A DNA stretch of 64,000 bases, from positions 192,001-256,000 of the forward strand of contig CAVPGK010000010.1 of the NCBI GenBank assembly GCA_963703955.1. Direction: 5' to 3'. This stretch comes from Nitrospirota bacterium (GTDB lineage: Bacteria; Nitrospirota; Nitrospiria; Nitrospirales; Nitrospiraceae). The position numbers and the translations under genes are program-made. This document shows positions 51,234 through 61,466 of this stretch, piece by piece; positions within the stretch are counted from its first letter, which is position 1; each line of letters starts with the position of its first letter. The notes beneath the pieces are model-generated. The model made no database searches. It was not told the DNA's origin and saw nothing but the letters and a program-made list of their open reading frames with translations.

Positions 51234-51875
51234 TCAACCTGAATCCTTGCCCCGCACCAGCGCCTGCGCTGCTTTGAATGCGGCCTCCATGTCCGGGAGT
51301 TGGGCCAACTCGGGTGTCACCTGCATGTACTGAATCACGTTATTCTTGTCCACGACCAGGACCGACCGGGCAAGGATGTGCGGATCTTTGACGAGCAATC
51401 CGTAGGTTTTTCCGAAATCTCCGCCACGATAGTCCGACAAAAACGTGACGTTGTTGATTTTGGCTTCCTCGGCGAACCGTTTTTGCGCAAACGGCGTATC
51501 GACGCTCAGAGTAATCAGCTCGACGTTCTTGTCCAGACCATTGTTCTTCTCGCTCAGATAATGGGTCTGCTGCTCGCAGACCTTCGTGTCGAGCGAGGGG
51601 ACGAGGCTGATGATCCTGACCTTGCCTTTGGTGTCCGCAATATTCAATAGCGAGAGATCGTTCTTGGCGACCTTGACGTCACGGAGAGTGTCTCCCACTG
51701 TGATGCCCGGGCCTTCCAGGGCCAGCGGGGCGCCTTTAAACGTGACCGTATGTCCCTCGCCGGCCATCGCGCTTTCGCTGGCGACAGGAAGGTTCTTATA
51801 CGTGAAGCCGCATCCCGCCGAGCCAGTCAGGATCATAGAGACGACGAAGATGGAAAATAGACACGATCGTGCCAT
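51234..51875 (-). CDS. tpx: Thiol peroxidase (Tpx family) with lipoprotein-like leader
   Basis: VTFKG, PSLDTKVC, SVDTPFAQKRF, LSDYR, LARSV; SAGC lipobox. Confidence 0.9.
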   Translation of the reverse strand: MARSCLFSIFVVSMILTGSAGCGFTYKNLPVASESAMAGEGHTVTFKGAPLALEGPGITVGDTLRDVKVAKNDLSLLNIADTKGKVRIISLVPSLDTKVCEQQTHYLSEKNNGLDKNVELITLSVDTPFAQKRFAEEAKINNVTFLSDYRGGDFGKTYGLLVKDPHILARSVLVVDKNNVIQYMQVTPELAQLPDMEAAFKAAQALVRGKDSG

Positions 51876-51952
51876 GGTTCCTCCTTACCGATGAAGGTTT
51901 TGTCTCGAGCGTGTCTGTCTCTATACCGCGTGTCATGGGGGACGTGAGAGTG

Positions 51953-52897
51953 TCAAGGCGCTAAGAACTTCATCAGAAGCGGATTGACCAGGTCCGGCCG
52001 TTCCCACATGGGGATGTGCCCGGCCTCCGGAATCAATTCGAGCATCGCGTTCGGAACGGTGGAGGCGAGGTCTCGACCGACCTGCGGAGGAAAGACCTTG
52101 TCCCGCGCTCCCCAGACAATCATAGCCGGGTGGCGAATCTGTCCGAGCCGGGTGGCGAATCCCGTCTCCCATTCCGGGAGGTGTGTGAGGAGGTCGAGCA
52201 ACGGGCCAATCATGCCAGATCGCTTGCGGTTGCGATAGGAGCGTTCAACGACGGTCGGAGTCAGCAAGCCGGGATCGTGCACCATTTCGGTGAGCACCGT
52301 CCGCGTGACGCCAAGGCCGGTGAACCGGTTCCCAAATTTGATGAGCCAAGCAGGCGCCCAGGTGTCAATGGCCCGCTGCATAAGCGGACTCGTCAATTTT
52401 TCTCTCACGTGATCCGGAAATCCGCCGATCAGGACGACCCGGTCCACTCGCTCCGGGTGGGTGAGCGCCATGCCGATGACCACTCCGGCTCCCATGGAGT
52501 TGCCGACCAGCGACGCACGTGGAATATTCAGGGCGTCCATGAATCCGCGGAAGGACTCCACGAGGCGCGCTGGTGTGTAAGCAATGTCCGGCTTGTCGGA
52601 GAATCCCGATCCCAGCAAATCCAGCGTGACGATCCGGTGACCAGCGGACAGCGACCCCTGCTGGTGCTCCCATTGCCAGAGCGCGCCCCCGAACCCATGG
52701 ATCAGAATCACAGGGGGACCTGTGCCTTCATCCAGATATGCCAGGCGGTGTCCTTCGACCAGCGCGGTCTTCACCGGCATGCGGTGAACGGCATCGAACC
52801 ACTGCGGGATACCGGAATGGGCAGAGCACGCGGTCAGGAAGAGCGGTATGATCATGAAGAAGGCGGTCGGCCATGCGAGCGACGGGTCCCGCCGCAT
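51953..52897 (-). CDS. Alpha/beta hydrolase, probable lipoprotein
   Basis: LIHGFGG, GNSMG, WGARD, GHIPMWE; LTAC lipobox. Confidence 0.9.
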   Translation of the reverse strand: MRRDPSLAWPTAFFMIIPLFLTACSAHSGIPQWFDAVHRMPVKTALVEGHRLAYLDEGTGPPVILIHGFGGALWQWEHQQGSLSAGHRIVTLDLLGSGFSDKPDIAYTPARLVESFRGFMDALNIPRASLVGNSMGAGVVIGMALTHPERVDRVVLIGGFPDHVREKLTSPLMQRAIDTWAPAWLIKFGNRFTGLGVTRTVLTEMVHDPGLLTPTVVERSYRNRKRSGMIGPLLDLLTHLPEWETGFATRLGQIRHPAMIVWGARDKVFPPQVGRDLASTVPNAMLELIPEAGHIPMWERPDLVNPLLMKFLAP

Positions 52898-52899
52898 GG

Positions 52900-54873
52900 C
52901 TACTCCAATTGGATCAATGTCTCGTCCGTCTTTACGTCGTCGCCGTCTTTGACGTAGAGGGCGGCCACGGTCCCGTCAACCGGAGCTGGGACCCGACTTT
53001 CCATCTTCATCGCTTCAATGATCAAGACGGGTTGGCCCTGTTCGACTCTGTCGCCCTTCGAGACGAGCACTTTGACCACTCGGCCGGGCATGGGAGAGGC
53101 GATATCGCCGGGCTTCGTGGGCCGAGGACGTTTCGGCGTGGCCGGCGAACCAGACTCGGGCGCTTCCGGCACTCCGGCCAATACCTCTTGGAGCGGTTCC
53201 AGATAGACTTCTTCCAGCTTCTCGTTGACGCGAATGTAATACGGCTTGCGTCCCTCTTTCTTGCGGCCGGCCCCCGACACTCGGATGTGGTAGGACTCCC
53301 CGTGCAGCGTGAGGTTGAACTCGACCGGCGCGAGGTGGAGTTCGTGGGCTACGACCGGGCCTTTCTCCGGCGGAGGCTCCAGGGCTTCGGGCTTCAGCTC
53401 CCCGCGCTCCCGCTGGTCGAAGAATTCGCGGCTGACGGCGGGGAACAGCGCGAACGACAGCACATCCTCGATCGATGTGGCTTTCTCGCCGAGTTCGGCC
53501 TTGACTGCATCCAGTTCCGGTTCCAATCGATCGGCCGGTCGGCCCTTCACCGGGTCTTCATCGCCGATGGCACGGCGTAGGACGTCGGGGTTGAGCGGAC
53601 CGGGTGGCCGTCCATAGAGCCCAAGGAAGTAGTTCTTCGTCTCATTCGTGATCACCTTGTATCGCTCGCCGGTCAAGATGTTGAGCGTCGCTTGGGTGCC
53701 GACAATTTGGCTGCTCGGGGTGACCAACGGAGGGTACCCCATATCCTTGCGGACGCGCGGGACTTCCTCCAACACGTCTCGCATCTTGTCCAGCGCGTTC
53801 TGTTCAACCAACTGCGCGGCGAGATTGGACAGCATGCCGCCCGGAATCTGGGAGGAGAGAATCTCCGCATCAACGCCGGTGAAATCGCTTTCAAACTGAT
53901 GGTACTTTTTTCGAACGGACCGAAAGTGCTCGGCGATCGGCACGAACCGCGGCAGTTCCAAGCCGGTGTCGTACGGGGTATTTCGCAAGGCGGCGACCAA
54001 CGTTTCGGTCGGCGGATGGGACGTGCCGCCTGCCAAGGGTGAGATGGCCGTGTCCAACATGTCCAATCCGCCGAGCACGGCCATGAGGGCGGACATGGAG
54101 GCCATCCCGGAGGTGTAGTGCGAATGGAGATGGATCGGGACCCGCACCGCCGCCTTCAGTCGTTTCACGAGTTGGAACGCATCGAATGGTGCCAGAAGGC
54201 CCGCCATGTCTTTGATACAGATCGTGTCGCTGCCGAGGTCTTCCAGTCGCCTCGCCTGCTCGACAAATCGATTGAGGCTGTGGACCGGGCTGACCGTGTA
54301 GCAGATCGACCCTTCAAGGTGTTTACCGCAGGCTTTGACAGCCCGCATGGCCTGTTCCATGTTCCGGATGTCATTCAAGGCGTCGAAGACACGGAACACA
54401 TCGATCCCGTTGGCCGCCGACCGTTCGATGAATCGCTCGAGCACATCGTCGGCGTAGTGCCGATAGCCGACGACGTTCTGGCCGCGCAAGAGCATCTGCA
54501 TCCGGGTGTTCGGCATCGCAGCGCGGAGGGCGCGGAGTCGTTCCCAGGGGTCCTCTTTGAGGAAGCGCAGGCAGGTGTCGAACGTCGCGCCGCCCCAGAC
54601 TTCCAGTGACCAGTAGCCTACGGAGTCGAGTTTCTCGGCGATGGGCAACATGTCCTCAGTCCGCATCCGCGTGGCCAGCAGCGACTGGTGGCCGTCGCGA
54701 AGAACGACATCCGTGATCAACAACTTCTTGGCCGGCGCAGGGCTGAGGTCAAACGCGTCTCGGCGTTGCGGGGATCGGCTCCGTGATGAATGGAGTGGCG
54801 TTCTGGTGGGTTGCCCGGATAGATGGCTCCGAGGGCTCCGGGTGACTTTTTTCTTTTGTATCGGTCTAGCCAT
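52900..54873 (-). CDS. pycB: Biotin-dependent carboxyltransferase subunit (pyruvate carboxylase B or 2-oxoglutarate carboxylase large subunit)
   Basis: RDGHQSL, WGGATFD, IKDMAG, HSH, PPLVTPSSQ, biotinyl AMKM. Confidence 0.88.
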   Translation of the reverse strand: MARPIQKKKVTRSPRSHLSGQPTRTPLHSSRSRSPQRRDAFDLSPAPAKKLLITDVVLRDGHQSLLATRMRTEDMLPIAEKLDSVGYWSLEVWGGATFDTCLRFLKEDPWERLRALRAAMPNTRMQMLLRGQNVVGYRHYADDVLERFIERSAANGIDVFRVFDALNDIRNMEQAMRAVKACGKHLEGSICYTVSPVHSLNRFVEQARRLEDLGSDTICIKDMAGLLAPFDAFQLVKRLKAAVRVPIHLHSHYTSGMASMSALMAVLGGLDMLDTAISPLAGGTSHPPTETLVAALRNTPYDTGLELPRFVPIAEHFRSVRKKYHQFESDFTGVDAEILSSQIPGGMLSNLAAQLVEQNALDKMRDVLEEVPRVRKDMGYPPLVTPSSQIVGTQATLNILTGERYKVITNETKNYFLGLYGRPPGPLNPDVLRRAIGDEDPVKGRPADRLEPELDAVKAELGEKATSIEDVLSFALFPAVSREFFDQRERGELKPEALEPPPEKGPVVAHELHLAPVEFNLTLHGESYHIRVSGAGRKKEGRKPYYIRVNEKLEEVYLEPLQEVLAGVPEAPESGSPATPKRPRPTKPGDIASPMPGRVVKVLVSKGDRVEQGQPVLIIEAMKMESRVPAPVDGTVAALYVKDGDDVKTDETLIQLE

Positions 54874-54900
54874 GTCTGACGTCTTGTCTCAGTTGTATTC

Positions 54901-54988
54901 CAGGATCCTCAACTGCTCTCCAACGAGGCCCGAGGGTGAGGCATCCAATTGAAGTACGTTGAAGTTAAGGACCATTCTCAGCATCCTG
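54901..54988. mobile_element. Degenerate copy of the 36495-36621 MITE
   Basis: Shares CAGGAT.CTCAA, CCAACGAGGCC, TACGTTGA and TCAGCATCCTG in the same order; abuts the stop codon of the biotin carboxylase gene. Confidence 0.7.
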
Positions 54989-54989
54989 T

Positions 54990-56411
54990 TCACAACCCTT
55001 CGTAAGCGGCGATCGCCGCTGATATGGCGACCACCAAATCTTCAGGTTCCAGCGTTTCATGGTAATCGAACACGTGCGAATGGGTCTCCAAATAGGAGGT
55101 ATCGAACCGACCCGCTCGAAAGTCGGCATCTTCCATAATGCGCTTCAAGAATGGAATGGTGGTCTTCACCCCGCGCAGGACGTACTCCTCGAGAGAGCGG
55201 TGCATCCGGCTGACGGTTTCGTCCCACGTGCGGCCTCTCACCGTAAGCTTGGCGAGCAACGCGTCGTAATACGGCGGCACGACGTAGTCCTTGTACACGG
55301 CACCATCGATGCGCACACCGATTCCGCCGGGGGAGAGATAGGCCGTGATCACCCCGGTCGACGGTCTGAAGTTGTTGCGCGGATCCTCGGCGTTGATCCG
55401 GCACTGTATGGCATGTCCCTGAAGGGTGACGTCTTCCTGCCGGATTTCCAGCGGCTCACCGGCGGCAATGGAAATCTGCGACCGGACGATGTCCACCGCC
55501 GTGATCTGCTCCGTCACCGTGTGTTCCACCTGAATCCGCGGATTCATTTCGATGAAATAGAAGCGTCCCTCGGAGTCCAGAAGGAATTCGACGGTCCCCG
55601 CGTTATCATAATCCACAGCCCGGGCGATGGCGATGGCGGCCTCGCCCATGTCCTTGCGCAGGCGGGGAGTCAGAACCAACGACGGCGCAATCTCGATCAG
55701 CTTTTGGTGGCGCCGCTGGATCGAGCAATCGCGTTCACCGAGATGAATGACATTGCCATGCCGGTCCGCCAATATCTGGAATTCAATGTGATGCGGTCTC
55801 TCCACGTACTTTTCGATAAACACGCTCCCGTCGCCGAAGGACGCCAATGCCTCTCGAGAGGAGACCTCCATGCCGTCTCGAAGCTCCTCGTCCGAGCGGA
55901 CGACCCGAAGGCCGCGACCACCTCCTCCGGCGCTGGCTTTGATCATGACCGGATAGCCGGCCGTTCGACAAAACGCAAGCGCCTCATTGACCGCGGCCAC
56001 CCCTCCGTCGGTGCCGGGCACCAGCGGGACGCCGACCTCTTTCGCCAACTCCTTTGCCTTGACCTTGTTGCCCATCATATGAATCGCCTGGGGCGAAGGA
56101 CCGATGAAGGTGACTCCCGATGCCTCGCACAGGTGGGCGAACTGGGCGTTCTCAGCGAGAAATCCGTAACCGGGGTGAATCGCGTCGGCCCCAATGCGCT
56201 GGGCCAGATCCACGATCTGCTGCATGTCCAGGAACCCCTTGACGGGACCGGGACCGACCAAGTACGCCTCGTCGGCCTTCTTGACGTAGATGCCGGTCGA
56301 ATCCTGTTCGGAATAGATCGCGGCGGTGGCGATGCTCAATTCGCGGCATGCCCGGATGATCCGCATGGCGATTTCACCACGGTTGGCCACAAGAATTTTC
56401 TTAAACATCAT
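54990..56411 (-). CDS. pycA: Biotin carboxylase subunit (pyruvate/2-oxoglutarate carboxylase A)
   Basis: ANRGEIA, HPGYGFLAEN, GGGGRG, RDCSIQRRHQK, EMNPRIQVEH. Confidence 0.9.
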   Translation of the reverse strand: MMFKKILVANRGEIAMRIIRACRELSIATAAIYSEQDSTGIYVKKADEAYLVGPGPVKGFLDMQQIVDLAQRIGADAIHPGYGFLAENAQFAHLCEASGVTFIGPSPQAIHMMGNKVKAKELAKEVGVPLVPGTDGGVAAVNEALAFCRTAGYPVMIKASAGGGGRGLRVVRSDEELRDGMEVSSREALASFGDGSVFIEKYVERPHHIEFQILADRHGNVIHLGERDCSIQRRHQKLIEIAPSLVLTPRLRKDMGEAAIAIARAVDYDNAGTVEFLLDSEGRFYFIEMNPRIQVEHTVTEQITAVDIVRSQISIAAGEPLEIRQEDVTLQGHAIQCRINAEDPRNNFRPSTGVITAYLSPGGIGVRIDGAVYKDYVVPPYYDALLAKLTVRGRTWDETVSRMHRSLEEYVLRGVKTTIPFLKRIMEDADFRAGRFDTSYLETHSHVFDYHETLEPEDLVVAISAAIAAYEGL

Positions 56412-56639
56412 GGAGGGCAACCACTTGGACGGCTGAAGTACTGCTGGCCGGTCGCAGAGCGAAGTAAGCTACCACAATGCCTTGAATATTGTCTATTGCT
56501 GGAGATGTGGGAGCGGCACGCGGCGATGGGTGACGAAGGAGGAGGAAAGATGGAGATGAAAGCATCGAGCAGGAGGCAATGGGTAAGTCAAAAGGCTTGG
56601 CTTCTGGCCCCTCTCCCATCGCCTCTCGCCCGACGGACC

Positions 56640-57104
56640 TTACTTGCTCTTGATCAACACAGGTCTTGATTGGGCGCTGCCGCCTCCAGCTACCACGATC
56701 ACAAAGCTCATCCCCGGTTTCGCGTTAGGAACTGTGGCCTCGATGGTCGTGTCGTTTACGTACTTGTAATCAATTTTCGTTCCGGCAGCCGAGCTGAACG
56801 TGACCCCATGGAGACACTCTTTGGTGCCGAAATTTTCTCCCTTGATCGTGACGCGTTCGCCCGGATTCGCTTCATCCGGTTCGACCTTGGTGATCCTAGG
56901 CCGCTTTGAGCGATCACACACGGGGTCGCTGGTGATCTTGCTCTCATCGAACCCCTTTATCGATTCCGTCTCGAACAAACTGAACCCGGAACCTTCTACA
57001 GTGGATCCTTCTTCTGCGCCCCAGGCCGTTCTGGTCGTGATTGACCCCCCCGTCACCGCGACCGCGAGTATTAGGATGAAAACAGCCGAAAAATGCCTCA
57101 CCAT
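56640..57104 (-). CDS. Exported IPT/TIG domain protein
   Basis: Signal peptide; PRITKVEP..PGERVTIKGENFG..DTTIEATVP. Confidence 0.75.
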   Translation of the reverse strand: MVRHFSAVFILILAVAVTGGSITTRTAWGAEEGSTVEGSGFSLFETESIKGFDESKITSDPVCDRSKRPRITKVEPDEANPGERVTIKGENFGTKECLHGVTFSSAAGTKIDYKYVNDTTIEATVPNAKPGMSFVIVVAGGGSAQSRPVLIKSK

Positions 57105-57126
57105 ACCGCCTCCTTCATAATAAAGG

Positions 57127-57960
57127 TTATGGTTTCTGGCCCAACGGAGTATAGAATTCGTTATCAATGATGGTTTGTCCTTCCTTGCTCAGGGCAAAGG
57201 CGGCAAATGCTTCTGCCGTTGGATTGGGTTCTTTCTTGGTCAGAAGAAGAAGCGGGCGGCGGAGTTTGTACCGGCCGTCCTTGACGGGTGGTTCTTCGGC
57301 TTCGACCTTGTCGACGGGGAGCAACCGAACGGCTACGCCCGCGCTGACCGCTTCCAGAGCTTGTCCCAGCGAAATATAGGTGACGGCCGAGAGAGGAGGA
57401 AGCGTGCCCACCACGGTCTTGATGGCTTTATCATCCGGGCCGATGACTTTCGCGGAATCCGAAATCTTCCCGACAATCCCCAGGTGCTGCTCAAACGTGT
57501 CTCGAATATTGCGGTTCTTCGGCCGGTCGATGATCAAGATCTTGGTCTCCGGTCCCCCTAAGTCCGACCAAAACTTGACCTTTCCGGAAAAGATTTCCGC
57601 AACCTGCTCTGTGGTGACTTCTTTCGTATGATTGGAGAGATTGACCATGACGGCAATGCCGTCCCAGCCGATTTGGGTCGCGCCCAAATTGGGATCTTCT
57701 CTTCCAGTCACCGCAATCTGAGCTTGACCGGACAGGACGATTTCGACCGGTTTCGAGTTTTCATCCCACAGAACATCCACATAGGCTCGTGGATTGGCCT
57801 TCTCAAACGCTCTGGCCAACTTTTCGACCAGGTGTTGCTCGGGACCATTCCCGGCAATGGCCAATGAACCGGAAGCGGCTCCTTCGGCAGCGTATGATGG
57901 CACATAGATCGCGACGGAGAAAGGAAGCAGAACAAGTGCGATTAGGACCTGAATGATCAT
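57127..57960 (-). CDS. PstS-like periplasmic binding protein
   Basis: Signal peptide; IAGNG, GWDGIAVMVN, IFSGKVKFWSDLGG, YKLRRPLLL; the usual phosphate-binding residues are altered. Confidence 0.75.
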   Translation of the reverse strand: MIIQVLIALVLLPFSVAIYVPSYAAEGAASGSLAIAGNGPEQHLVEKLARAFEKANPRAYVDVLWDENSKPVEIVLSGQAQIAVTGREDPNLGATQIGWDGIAVMVNLSNHTKEVTTEQVAEIFSGKVKFWSDLGGPETKILIIDRPKNRNIRDTFEQHLGIVGKISDSAKVIGPDDKAIKTVVGTLPPLSAVTYISLGQALEAVSAGVAVRLLPVDKVEAEEPPVKDGRYKLRRPLLLLTKKEPNPTAEAFAAFALSKEGQTIIDNEFYTPLGQKP

Positions 57961-58057
57961 GGAGCCTCCTGGAGGCCAGCGTGACGCAACGCACGGCTTC
58001 GACCGCGGGGTCGACTGGGCGTGAGTTGAGCCGGTTGCGTGGGGGAGGGACACGGCT

Positions 58058-58390
58058 TCAGGGCTTGACTTTTTTCCCATCCGCTTTCGGCGACGAGACG
58101 TTCGGTGCGCCGAAGATTTCTCCCGGTGGGGGAGGGTCGGCGCGTTTCCCGTAAGCGGGAGGCAGCTTGCTGAATTTGTGCATCCGTTCGTTCAGCTGGC
58201 TGTATGCCTTCATCTCGGCAAACCCCGTCTTGTGATCCCCCACGATTTTCGACGCGAAAGCCGACATGAGCCGCGTCGCTTTCTTCGCCTGACAATGAGG
58301 GCACACGGTGTCTTCCGCCCGCACCGTAACCGACTGGGCTACTTCAAATTGCTCGCCGCACGCTTCGCACCGATATTCATACAGCGGCAT
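58058..58390 (-). CDS. FmdB-family zinc-ribbon protein
   Basis: MPLYEYRCEACG..CPHC; GGAGGAG RBS. Confidence 0.85.
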   Translation of the reverse strand: MPLYEYRCEACGEQFEVAQSVTVRAEDTVCPHCQAKKATRLMSAFASKIVGDHKTGFAEMKAYSQLNERMHKFSKLPPAYGKRADPPPPGEIFGAPNVSSPKADGKKVKP

Positions 58391-58572
58391 GACTATACTC
58401 CTCCACGAGACTAAGATAACTGCAACATTATAACCCAAGCGACCCCTCGAGGCCACCCTTAATGAGGCCGGTCAACGAACCCGGGTGACCATGGACGGAC
58501 CTTGACCGGCCAGGAAACAGTCGGGTATCTTAACAGGTTACTGATAACGGTGAACTGAGTAGGGAGGAGGAG

Positions 58573-58749
58573 ATGTCACTGCTGATTCGGAAGTACAAGC
58601 TGACCACCGGAATGATGCAAGAAGAACGGATCGACGACCCGGAGAGGATCGAGCGCTACATGCGCTTGTTCGAAAAGGAGGACATCAAGAAACTCCAAGC
58701 CGGTGGAAAGGTTTTCATCGAAAAGGACGAGTGGCAACTCCTCCCCTAG
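58573..58749 (+). CDS. Small hypothetical protein (58 aa)
   Basis: Below the ORF cutoff; strong RBS GGAGGAGGAG; MSLLIRKYKLTTGMMQEERIDDPERIERYMRLFEKEDIKKLQAGGKVFIEKDEWQLLP. Confidence 0.7.
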   Translation: MSLLIRKYKLTTGMMQEERIDDPERIERYMRLFEKEDIKKLQAGGKVFIEKDEWQLLP

Positions 58750-58864
58750 GGTTCCCTCTCAATCCGCTTCCCCCATCCGACCGTCTGTTCATTCCTGCCG
58801 TGCATTGCGAGCCGAACGGGGCTCGTGATAGGGTCTGCTGGAGACCAGCAGAGGGGGCAAGATC

Positions 58865-59068
58865 ATGATCTACTGGGTCCACATCGCACGGTCGATCGAC
58901 CGTGCGACCTTGCACCGCGAGCGGTGTTCCGAGGTTCCGTCCAACTATACGCGAACGGATTTCTGGGAAGGCGGATGGTTCGACTACCCGGACAAGGAAC
59001 GAGCGTTGGCGGCAATGGAACAAGCCGGGACGACCTTCCAGAAAAAGTGCACCCTGTGCAAGCCTTAA
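58865..59068 (+). CDS. Small putative metal-binding protein
   Basis: LHRERC ... CTLCKP; purine-rich RBS. Confidence 0.6.
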   Translation: MIYWVHIARSIDRATLHRERCSEVPSNYTRTDFWEGGWFDYPDKERALAAMEQAGTTFQKKCTLCKP

Positions 59069-59154
59069 CCGGGAGGCCAAGTTTCGAGTGCTGAGTTTGT
59101 GAGTTCTGAGTTCGAACTCATACCTTATTAACACAATAGTCAGAACCGCATTCG

Positions 59155-60027
59155 ATGATTCCTCAGCTTGCCCTGCTGCTCACGACCTTAATCTGGGGGG
59201 CCACCTTTCCGGTCACCAAGGTGGTGCTTGAGCAAATCCCGCCTCTCTCTTTTCTGTTTCTTCGGTTTCTGTTGGGTGCGCTGCTCACCCTGGCGATTGT
59301 CATGATCATGGGGCGTCACCTGCGGTTGGATCGCCCACTGCTCCGTATGAGCCTGATTACCACTGGCTGGCTGTTCCTCGGCTATGTCCTGCAGACCGAG
59401 GGGTTGCGCTATACGACCGCGTCCAACTCAGCCTTTATCACCGCGCTATACGTGGTATTCGTTCCACTGTTCGTAAGGCGATTCGAAACCCGCATCTGGA
59501 TTGCAGCCGGTCTCGCCATGCTGGGACTGTGGCTGTTGGTCGAGCCCAGCGTCACGATAAACCTCGGCGACGTGATGACGCTTGGCTGTGCCGCCGCCTT
59601 CGCCGTACACATCATCTGTTTAGAACGGTACACTCGGGAAACCGACCCGGTCTTGCTCTTCCTGTGGCAACTACTGTTCGTCACCGTCACCATGCTGCCC
59701 GCTATGGCTTTGGAAGCGCCCGGGGCAGTTGCCTTCACTCCAACCGGTGTATTGCTGCTGGCCTTGTTGATTACCGGTGTTTTGGCCACGGGCGCGTTCG
59801 CCGTGCAGATGTGGGTGCAGCAGCTTGTGCCGGCACAGCGTGTCGCATTGATCTTCTCATTGGAGCCGGCCTACGCCGCCTGGCTGTCCTGGTACTTTCT
59901 CAGTGAGCGCTTGAACCCTAAAGGATGGGTCGGCAGCGGTCTCATTCTCGCGGCGGTACTGCTCGGCTCCATGTCCAAAGAGGTGGTTAGCGTGAGTCAG
60001 CCAGTCAAAGCATCGCCCGCGCTCTGA
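59155..60027 (+). CDS. DMT/EamA family transporter
   Basis: About 10 TM; IWGATF, LRF, SLEP. Confidence 0.9.
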   Translation: MIPQLALLLTTLIWGATFPVTKVVLEQIPPLSFLFLRFLLGALLTLAIVMIMGRHLRLDRPLLRMSLITTGWLFLGYVLQTEGLRYTTASNSAFITALYVVFVPLFVRRFETRIWIAAGLAMLGLWLLVEPSVTINLGDVMTLGCAAAFAVHIICLERYTRETDPVLLFLWQLLFVTVTMLPAMALEAPGAVAFTPTGVLLLALLITGVLATGAFAVQMWVQQLVPAQRVALIFSLEPAYAAWLSWYFLSERLNPKGWVGSGLILAAVLLGSMSKEVVSVSQPVKASPAL

Positions 60028-60042
60028 CGGAAACAAGCACGG

Positions 60043-60510
60043 ATGGCCCAAAAGTTTGGGAATTCGCGATGGGTGAAAGACGGTTTCTTGGACAACCGCA
60101 CGACCGGTTGCGTCGTGGGCCGGATCACCTTTGCGGCGCTGGGCCCGGTTGATCTATACCTCAAGGGTGATTGCAAAGGAGAAATCGCCGGCAAGGCCAT
60201 CCGTTTTGCCAATCGCGGTTTTACCGACGAAGATTTGGCTGGGCACGTGTTAGGCGACTTTGAGATTCCGCATGTCGGCGAAGTGAGTCTGATTTCGTTT
60301 GATCCACATCCCATGTTAGCTCCTCACCCCTATATCGAGTGGTTCTCGATTCAGAAGAACCATTACCGCATCGAACTCTCCCCAGGCGATGCCTGGATTC
60401 TCACAGGCGATGAAGCCGCCGAACTGGATCAGGACAGCCAAGCGATTCGTGCCGCACTCGGTTCACAGGTTCGCTCCACGCGCGATCGAGAAGAGTCCGA
60501 GTGGATCTGA
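60043..60510 (+). CDS. Hypothetical protein
   Basis: Clean 155 aa ORF co-directional with neighbours. Confidence 0.7.
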   Translation: MAQKFGNSRWVKDGFLDNRTTGCVVGRITFAALGPVDLYLKGDCKGEIAGKAIRFANRGFTDEDLAGHVLGDFEIPHVGEVSLISFDPHPMLAPHPYIEWFSIQKNHYRIELSPGDAWILTGDEAAELDQDSQAIRAALGSQVRSTRDREESEWI

Positions 60511-60550
60511 AGGCGGAATGACGTACAAGTGAGCCGCGGAGATTGCCGTT

Positions 60551-61351
60551 ATGGAGCAGTTGTTACTGCTGGTTGTTATCGTAATCCTTCTCGCTCTTCT
60601 AGTGGTGCTTCTTTACGGCTTCTATAGGATACGCCGGAGGTTTTATACCGTTCAGGAAGAGTTGCACCATCGGTTTGCTTACGAATTGGAAAAACAGTTG
60701 CGTCAGTCTGAGGCTTTAGCTTGGCTATTCATTGAATTAGGTCTCAAGAAAAGCTTACCGGGCACCCGCCCAATCATGACGATGACCGGCATTGGAGTTT
60801 GGGTCGCTGCTCCAGACTTCCTGAGGGAGATTGCGCTCCACGCGATTCATGCTCATCCGAAAGTGATCGTTGAGTGTGGTAGTGGAGTATCGACAGTCGT
60901 TCTTGCTCGTTGTATGGAGATCAATCAGGCTGGACATGTTTACAGCCTAGAGCATTTGCCTGAGTATGCTGAGCAGACCCGCCAAGAACTCGAAAGGCAT
61001 TCCCTGCAAGATTGGGCGTCGATTTTGACGGCACCTCTTCGTCCCTATGAAATTAAGGGAGAGACATATGCTTGGTATTCGACTGAGGAACTGCCATCAA
61101 TGGCATTTGACATGTTGGTCGTCGATGGTCCTCCGGGCGATATCGGCAACCTTGCCAGATATCCGGCTGGCCCTGTTTTATTCGGCCGACTAAACGATAC
61201 GGCTGCTGTCTTCCTGGACGATTCCAATCGAGAGCAGGAAAAGGTTACCCTCCAGCGATGGGCTGAAGAATTCCGACAATTCCGTCAAGAGGCAAGGAAT
61301 TGTGAGAGAGGATGCGCAGTTCTGTGGAAGGATACACAGAGGATCTCTTGA
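60551..61351 (+). CDS. Membrane-anchored class I SAM methyltransferase
   Basis: N-terminal TM; IVECGSGVST, SLEH, LVVDGPP, LDD. Confidence 0.85.
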   Translation: MEQLLLLVVIVILLALLVVLLYGFYRIRRRFYTVQEELHHRFAYELEKQLRQSEALAWLFIELGLKKSLPGTRPIMTMTGIGVWVAAPDFLREIALHAIHAHPKVIVECGSGVSTVVLARCMEINQAGHVYSLEHLPEYAEQTRQELERHSLQDWASILTAPLRPYEIKGETYAWYSTEELPSMAFDMLVVDGPPGDIGNLARYPAGPVLFGRLNDTAAVFLDDSNREQEKVTLQRWAEEFRQFRQEARNCERGCAVLWKDTQRIS

Positions 61352-61466
61352 TGCCGATTCAACCCGGCGCACCGGACTGATGGGTCGCGCGAATAGGACT
61401 GATTGGAGGGAACCACATAATCTAGTAGTGATGGGATAATCGATCGAATCGAAAAGGGTACCGACT

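Noticed and set aside
55059..56669. Long antisense ORFs (536 aa here; also 52016-52957, 17662-18555, 16745-17593)
   Set aside because: Shadow or alternative frames of well-supported genes in GC-rich DNA with no recognisable motifs.
59092..59120. Short GAGTTCT-like heptamer repeats (similar runs near 27665 and 56610)
   Set aside because: Too short and degenerate to assign a function.
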